From contig CAMTKT010000004.1 in assembly GCA_947072895.1 (NCBI GenBank), forward strand, positions 13,090 through 77,089: 64,000 nucleotides of DNA, read 5' to 3'. This document shows, in pieces, positions 59,501 through 64,000 of this stretch. A program made the position numbers and the translations under genes. Under the pieces are notes generated by a model that saw only the letters and a list, made by a program, of their open reading frames with translations, did not search any database and was not told where the DNA came from. The stretch is from an uncultured Bacteroides sp. Lineage in GTDB: Bacteria; Bacteroidota; Bacteroidia; Bacteroidales; Bacteroidaceae. Position 1 is the stretch's first letter. The number at the start of each line of letters is the position of its first letter.

Positions 59501-60545
59501 AAATTCGAAAATTACGGGAAGTGGAATTGGACTTATGTTAGCACGAAAGCTGATACGTCTTCATGGAGGTAAGATAGAAGTCAAAAGTGTGGAATTGCAG
59601 GGAACAACGGTAAGAATTGTTTTCCCGAAAAGCAAGGAGCAATTTCATAAGTTCACAGAAGTTGCACCTAATATGGAAATAAAAGACGTGCAGATAGAAG
59701 CAGCTGGCCTTCTCCAGACTGAGAAGAATCCTGAAACAGCGGCTAACAATGCTTTACCACGTATTCTTATTGTCGAGGATAATGATGAATTACGAACTTA
59801 TCTAATAGATTCTCTTTCAGATATATATCATATACGTGCATGTTGTGATGGGAAAGAGGCACAGGCTGTTGTAAAAGAATATTGGCCGAATCTTGTTGTA
59901 TCGGACATAATGATGCCTGAAATGAGGGGGGATGAATTATGTATGACAATAAAGAGTGATATGGAAACTTCTCATATTCCGGTTTTGTTACTTACGGCTT
60001 TAGGGGATGAACAGAATATTTTGGAAGCATTACAGGTAGGTGCGGATGATTATATTACGAAACCTTTTAATTTGAAGATACTGAGAGCAAGAATTGCCAA
60101 TCTTCTAGCAAATAGAGTATTGCTGCGTGAGAAATTTGCTTCTTTGGGTATGGATGCGGAAATATCAAAAGAGTCGGCGGAGGCAAATAGGTTGAATGTG
60201 CTCGATTTGAAGTTTATATCGGGGGTGCGTAAGAATGTGGAGGATAATCTTGACAATCCTGACTTTACAGTAGATTCACTTTGCTCGTTGCAGAATATGA
60301 GTCGCTCCAGTTTTTATAATAAACTAAAAGCATTGACCGGACAAGCTCCGGCAGATTATATCCGGCTGATACGTTTGAACCGTGCGGCCGAATTATTGAA
60401 AGAGGGTGGAAAGTCTATATCTGAAGTGGCAGAAATGACAGGTTTTTGTGATGGCAAATATTTCCGTGAAGTATTCAAGAAGCATTTTAAGGTAAGTCCA
60501 AGTAAATATGGAAAGGAAGAACCTCTGAGGGTGGATACTGAATAG
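56577..60545 (+). CDS. hybrid two-component system regulator (sensor kinase, receiver and AraC HTH)
   Basis: 1322 aa; periplasmic beta-propeller-type repeats and Y_Y_Y-like region, TM, HisKA (FFINTAHDIRTPLTLI), HATPase (GSGIGL), receiver (ILIVEDNDELR...SDIMMP) and a C-terminal AraC HTH. Confidence 0.93.
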   Translation: MKSIFLVLMFVPLLSFAQTYRYIGIEDGLSNRRIFDIQKDSKGYMWFLTNEGMDRYDGREIKHYKLLGKSKNIHLGWLYKEDQGDLWVIGKKGCVFHYDTLRDQFRMVYQLSDVSDDVTCGYMDHNQNIWLCTQDSIRLYNIKNACKYSLLNVMDANIQMVEQVDSCHFFIAAERGIRYVELENDELKVIPIEALYDITSQVNELYYHSESQKLFVGTFGEGVFAFDMCTRRITHSSMDLSDVNITGICPLNEAELLVGTEGMGLHKLDVNTCVTQPYLIADYESNNGMNGNNINDIYVDEEKRIWLANYFEGITIVDNRYKNYDWIKHSIGNHQSLVNDQVHAVIEDSEGDLWFGTSNGISLYNRQTQRWHSFLSSVDHHLKDKNHVFVTLCEVSPGVIWAGGYTSGIYKINKRTLSVEYFSPFLLTPMNMQPDKYIRGMIKDSNGHIWSGGFYNLKCFDIKDNSVRLYPGVNSITAIAEKDSNFMWIGTATGLYLLDRNTGSYQYVVLPVEVNYVNALYQSDGGLLYVGTNGSGVLVYDSHSKTFEHYYTDNCALVSNNIYAILPEIDGSIIMSTEDGITSFQIEDKTFHNRTSEQGLLSACFNPSSGTLCKNGGFVLGSTDGAIEFPEKLKFPTYVYNKMILSDFQISYQPVYPGDEGSPLEKDINETKVLKLDYDQNTFSLILSSINYDFPSNVLFSWKLDGFYNEWSRPGNANLIRYTNLNPGKYTLHIRAVSKEEQQLVFEERELKIIIARPFWLSFWAILGYVIFVLSVFIVIYRILNLKKQKKISDEKTRFFINTAHDIRTPLTLIKAPLEELFEKETFSDRGKKRMRVALRNVDVLLRLTTNLINFERTDVYSSELFVAQYDLSAYLQDICDIFRSYAAFKHLDFTCDCNVEEGLKVWFDKEKMDSILKNLLSNAMKYTPEYGAVGVSVQETKDTWKLEVKDTGIGIASKEHNKLFKMHFRGVNAINSKITGSGIGLMLARKLIRLHGGKIEVKSVELQGTTVRIVFPKSKEQFHKFTEVAPNMEIKDVQIEAAGLLQTEKNPETAANNALPRILIVEDNDELRTYLIDSLSDIYHIRACCDGKEAQAVVKEYWPNLVVSDIMMPEMRGDELCMTIKSDMETSHIPVLLLTALGDEQNILEALQVGADDYITKPFNLKILRARIANLLANRVLLREKFASLGMDAEISKESAEANRLNVLDLKFISGVRKNVEDNLDNPDFTVDSLCSLQNMSRSSFYNKLKALTGQAPADYIRLIRLNRAAELLKEGGKSISEVAEMTGFCDGKYFREVFKKHFKVSPSKYGKEEPLRVDTE

Positions 60546-60591
60546 TCTCTAAGGAGATAAATCTGCAATATCCTGCTTTGTATAAAATACA

Positions 60592-60643
60592 TAAATGCTT
60601 AATTGGTTACTATAAGATTGTTATTGAGGAAAATTTAAACAGG
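60592..60643 (+). repeat. copy B of the about 50-bp direct repeat
   Basis: TAAATGCTTAATTGGTTACTATAAGATTGTTATTGAGGAAAATTTAAACAGG, 47 nt after the HTCS stop. Confidence 0.9.
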
Positions 60644-60822
60644 CTCTATATATTATGTGGTACAGATTTATGAACTTCATAGAGGAAACAAAAGAGAAAA
60701 CAATTGAAGCAAAATAAATGTTAAATAAGAAGTCGTGAAGCAGTATTTGAACCAATTTTTCATTTAATTATTAAAACAATAAAAAGAATTAGGTTTGTTT
60801 CTTGTAAATCAATTCTTTTATT

Positions 60823-60830
60823 TAATTTTG
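60823..60830 (+). promoter_or_regulatory. Bacteroides -7 box TAatTTTG for the lipoprotein gene
   Basis: Exact match 29 nt upstream of the ATG at 60859. Confidence 0.45.
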
Positions 60831-60858
60831 CCAACCCTAATAATTATAGAAGAAGAAA

Positions 60859-61599
60859 ATGAAAAAAATGAAATTGGCAGTAGTATTTACTGCATTTGTA
60901 TCTGTGTTTGGTCTTAGTTCTTGTTTGGATAGTGGGGAGAGTGGTCCGCAGACGGCTAACTTGATGGTGACAGTGGGTAATCATATGGGAATTCCGGTTT
61001 TTTATCCAGACTGCATGCCCGGATATACTTTAGATCCTTCAGCAGTGGATTTAAGTCAATACGGCATTTCAAGTTCAGCTCGTCGTGCCCTGATTACTTA
61101 TACATTAGTAGAAGGACAGCCTGAGGATGCTAAGAATTTGAAGATTAATCTGGTAGCCGGTGGGTGTGTGGAGATAAAGCCAATGCATATAAGTGAAAAT
61201 CCGGATACGTTTGATACTAAGGGATATATATCTGCAATCAAAAAGTTTGAGTATGTGCAACCTTTTTATCCTTATTACCCTGTATACCCTAAAATTTATG
61301 CAGAGAATGGATTTTTGACTATTGGATTCTCTTATGCGGCGGATAAAGTCGGAAGCTTTGGATTAATGCCCGACAGAGTAAGTAACGATACTTTGTATTT
61401 GGATCTTAGAGCTAAAACTGAAGGTAGTTCAAGAGAAGGCATTCATTGGATGACTTATGCTTTGGATGGTCAAGCATACAATGAAGTACAGCCTGTTAAA
61501 GATGACTCTATCCGTATTACAGTACAGGCTAAATCATCTTTGGAGCCAGCTGTTGAAGAAAAAACTATTTCGGTAACAACTGCTTATAAGAAATATTAA
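60859..61599 (+). CDS. lipoprotein of unknown function (possibly NigD-like)
   Basis: 246 aa; signal ...FGLSSCLDSGE. The family assignment is only a size and architecture impression. Confidence 0.6.
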   Translation: MKKMKLAVVFTAFVSVFGLSSCLDSGESGPQTANLMVTVGNHMGIPVFYPDCMPGYTLDPSAVDLSQYGISSSARRALITYTLVEGQPEDAKNLKINLVAGGCVEIKPMHISENPDTFDTKGYISAIKKFEYVQPFYPYYPVYPKIYAENGFLTIGFSYAADKVGSFGLMPDRVSNDTLYLDLRAKTEGSSREGIHWMTYALDGQAYNEVQPVKDDSIRITVQAKSSLEPAVEEKTISVTTAYKKY

Positions 61600-61626
61600 T
61601 AGTTTTTCTTGTATATAAGGATAGTA

Positions 61627-61680
61627 AAGAAGAAACGCTGTTCTGACGTGAATGAAGTCGGGATGGCGTTTCTTCTTTTT
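61627..61680 (+). terminator. intrinsic terminator after the lipoprotein gene
   Basis: 12-bp stem AAGAAGAAACGC/GCGTTTCTTCTT followed by TTT. Confidence 0.7.
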
Positions 61681-61766
61681 GAGCTTGAATGTAGTTTAGC
61701 CGGTAAATTATAAATGGACGTTACAAGAAAAAAATGATTAGTAGGAACAATTTCCATTCTTTTTTA

Positions 61767-61774
61767 TACCTTTG
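61767..61774 (+). promoter_or_regulatory. Bacteroides -7 box TAccTTTG for the Yip1-smpB unit
   Basis: Exact match 40 nt upstream of the TTG start at 61814. Confidence 0.45.
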
Positions 61775-61813
61775 CATCTCATTGAAGTTGAATCGAGGTA
61801 AATAGATTGGGCA

Positions 61814-62383
61814 TTGAACTACAAAGAATTATTTAGTCGAGTAATAGTGTTGATTTCATATCCTGCAAAAGCATGGGAGGAAATCAGTAGGGAAGAGGAT
61901 AGGCGTAAAGTGTTGGGTGCATTTGTTTATCCTATGATAGGTTTGTGCGGTTTGTCCGTTTTTATAGGTACGTTTATAGGGAATACGGCGGGGAGCGCTG
62001 CTTTCCAAATAGCGATGACACGTTGTTGCGCTATATTCGTATCCCTGTTCGGAGGATATTTTTTGGCGGCATACGCTATAGACCAATTGAGCAAAAAACT
62101 GTTGAGGCGTGAAGGCCAATACGAACTAAACCAGCAGTTTGTGGGTTATTCTATGGTAGTGACTTTTGTGCTTGATATTATCAGCGGATTGTTTTCAATT
62201 TCTCTTCTTCACTGGATATTACAGTTTTATACAGTATTTGTGGTGCTTGAGGGGGCACGCAGGCTGATAAAAGTAGAGCGGGAAAAGCTGACACCATATA
62301 CATTGATTGCTTCGGTAATCATTATTGTTTGTCCGGCATTGATTGCCGCAGTATTTAATAAATTATCTGTTATTTTGAATTAA
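61814..62383 (+). CDS. Yip1-family membrane protein
   Basis: 189 aa, 5 TM; N-terminal ...[14 protein letters not shown]... is typical of Yip1-domain proteins. Apparent TTG start. The stop overlaps the smpB ATG (TAATG). Confidence 0.7.
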   Translation: MNYKELFSRVIVLISYPAKAWEEISREEDRRKVLGAFVYPMIGLCGLSVFIGTFIGNTAGSAAFQIAMTRCCAIFVSLFGGYFLAAYAIDQLSKKLLRREGQYELNQQFVGYSMVVTFVLDIISGLFSISLLHWILQFYTVFVVLEGARRLIKVEREKLTPYTLIASVIIIVCPALIAAVFNKLSVILN

Positions 62384-62835
62384 TGAAACCGACTCCTGTT
62401 AATATAAAGAATAAGCGTGCATCGTTCGATTATGAATTTATTGATACGTACACGGCAGGTATTGTGCTTACGGGAACCGAGATAAAATCCATCCGTTTAG
62501 GCAAAGCCAGTCTGGTAGATACCTATTGCTATTTTGTGCAAGGCGAGTTGTGGGTGAAGAATATGCACATAGCCGAATATTTCTACGGCTCATACAATAA
62601 CCATTCTGCCCGTCGCGAACGTAAATTGTTGCTGAACAAGAAAGAACTGCGCAAATTGGAAGGAGCCGGAAAGAATCCCGGTTTTACGATTGTTCCTGTC
62701 CGTCTGTTTATTAATGAGAAAGGACTGGCGAAACTGGTAATCGCATTAGCTAAAGGTAAGAAACAATATGATAAGCGCGAGTCATTGAAAGAGAAGGACG
62801 ACCGTCGCGAAATGGACCGTATGTTTAAAAGGTAA
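62383..62835 (+). CDS. smpB: SsrA-binding protein
   Basis: 150 aa; [29 protein letters not shown]...[11 protein letters not shown] are canonical SmpB motifs. Confidence 0.96.
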   Translation: MKPTPVNIKNKRASFDYEFIDTYTAGIVLTGTEIKSIRLGKASLVDTYCYFVQGELWVKNMHIAEYFYGSYNNHSARRERKLLLNKKELRKLEGAGKNPGFTIVPVRLFINEKGLAKLVIALAKGKKQYDKRESLKEKDDRREMDRMFKR

Positions 62836-62872
62836 GTGAAACCCGTGCTATTCGTACCTAAAAAATAGACTT

Positions 62873-64000
62873 ATGGCTACATTAAAACAACTAATTGACG
62901 AGAGAGTTCTCATTCTTGATGGTGCAATGGGGACTATGATACAGAGGTATAATTTGTCTGAACAGGATTTCAGGGGGGAGCGTTTTGCTGAGATACCCGG
63001 ACAGATGAAGGGCAATAATGATTTGCTTTGTCTTACCCGCCCTGATGTGATAAAGGATATCCACCATAAATATCTGGAAGCAGGGGCTGATATCATTGAA
63101 ACAAATACGTTCAATGCCCAACGGGTTTCGATGGCAGATTATCACATGCAGGATTTGTGTCGTGAGATTAATCTGGCCGCTGCCGGACTTGCTCGCGAAC
63201 TGGCCGATGAATATACCGCGAAGACCCCTCACAAACCTAGATTTGTAGCAGGTTCGGTAGGTCCCACCAACAAGACTTGTTCCATGAGTCCGGATGTCAA
63301 TAATCCGGCCTTGCGTGCTTTGACCTACGATGAACTGGCCGCTGCCTATCAGGAACAGATGGAAGCCTTGCTGGAAGGAGGAGTGGACGCACTTCTGATA
63401 GAAACCATTTTCGATTCCCTGAATGCCAAAGCGGCCGTTTATGCTGCGGAAACGGCAATGAAGAAGACAGGGCGTGAGGTTCCTCTTATGCTTTCTGTTA
63501 CTGTTTCGGATATTGCCGGACGTACGCTTTCGGGGCAGACATTGGATGCTTTTCTGGCATCCGTACAGCATGCGCCTGTTTTTTCTATCGGCTTGAACTG
63601 CTCGTTCGGAGCGAAACAATTGAAACCTTTTCTGGAAGGGCTGGCCGCACGCGCACCTTATTATATAAGTGCCTATCCCAATGCCGGACTTCCCAACAGT
63701 TTGGGACAGTATGACCAGACTCCGGAAGAAATGGTTTCGGAGGTGAAAGAATATATAGATGAAGGGCTGGTAAACATTATTGGCGGTTGTTGTGGAACTA
63801 CGGAGGAATATATTGCCAAATATCAGGAATTGATCGTTTCCGGTTCCGCCTGGGTGTCTCCTCATATCCCTGTTGCCAAGCCCGAACGAATGTGGCTCAG
63901 TGGACTGGAACTTTTGGAACAGACTCCCGAAATCAATTTCATCAATGTAGGTGAACGCTGCAATGTGGCAGGTTCCCGTAAATTTCTCCGTTTAATCAAT
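62873..64000 (+). CDS. metH: methionine synthase, N-terminal part (runs off the window)
   Basis: My own translation from the ATG at 62873: MATLKQLIDERVLILDGAMGTMIQRYNL...IETNTFNA...NIIGGCCGTT (homocysteine S-methyltransferase domain). There is no stop before 64000, so it is absent from the ORF track. Confidence 0.9.
   Translation, partial: MATLKQLIDERVLILDGAMGTMIQRYNLSEQDFRGERFAEIPGQMKGNNDLLCLTRPDVIKDIHHKYLEAGADIIETNTFNAQRVSMADYHMQDLCREINLAAAGLARELADEYTAKTPHKPRFVAGSVGPTNKTCSMSPDVNNPALRALTYDELAAAYQEQMEALLEGGVDALLIETIFDSLNAKAAVYAAETAMKKTGREVPLMLSVTVSDIAGRTLSGQTLDAFLASVQHAPVFSIGLNCSFGAKQLKPFLEGLAARAPYYISAYPNAGLPNSLGQYDQTPEEMVSEVKEYIDEGLVNIIGGCCGTTEEYIAKYQELIVSGSAWVSPHIPVAKPERMWLSGLELLEQTPEINFINVGERCNVAGSRKFLRLIN

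Noticed and set aside
62836-62872. Cobalamin riboswitch upstream of metH
   Set aside because: Only 37 nt separate smpB from metH, so there is no room for a riboswitch.
62848-63865. 88-aa and 324-aa minus-strand ORFs
   Set aside because: They are antisense to an unmistakable metH reading frame (GGCCGTT and other motifs) that is missing from the track only because it runs off the window.

Overview
The window looks like a Bacteroides/Bacteroidales-type chromosome segment. The signs are TAnnTTTG -7 promoter boxes ahead of most operons, a type III glutamine synthetase, a hybrid two-component regulator, type V pilin-like lipoproteins and a long S16. All family names are recognised from the translated ORFs by memory; no searches were run. 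About 75% is ordinary core content: an MFP-RND-OMF efflux operon, rluA-like, tRNA-Ser(GCU), eno, tandem guaA genes, mscL, gap, miaA, kdsA, GSIII, inositol-3-P synthase, a sigma-54 activator with LptE-like and secG genes, rpsP, ferritin, an OPT transporter, RelA/SpoT, smpB and the 5' part of metH. There are three accessory patches. (1) 11.3-18.5 kb is a type V pilus-like operon: a 1298-aa modular lipoprotein, two pilin paralogues and an Mfa2-like anchor. (2) 18.9-24.5 kb is the most interesting region. It holds a HEPN/MNT toxin-antitoxin pair followed by a GC-rich island with two coupled micro-ORFs (one carrying an 18-bp tandem repeat), a VirE-N/DUF3987-like primase-helicase, DUF4248, an HU-like protein, a 33-aa 'smalltalk'-like peptide and an amidase. 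In this island I found a 31-bp inverted repeat (29/31) that brackets exactly the helicase half of the primase-helicase gene. There are also about 22-bp-periodic iteron-like repeats just 3' of that gene, and a nested inverted repeat plus a promoter-proximal hairpin 5' of it. Together these suggest a cryptic replicon or satellite-like module, possibly with an invertible segment. (3) 40.4-45.8 kb is a general-stress-like cluster: OM barrel, GlsB/YeaQ, YtxH, Mn catalase, micro-ORFs, PLDc_N and ferritin. Other oddities are about 50-bp direct repeats flanking an orphan HTCS gene next to a PNGase F-like gene, and a guaA paralogue that lacks the amidotransferase nucleophile. No CRISPR array, rRNA, integrase or intact transposase was seen.
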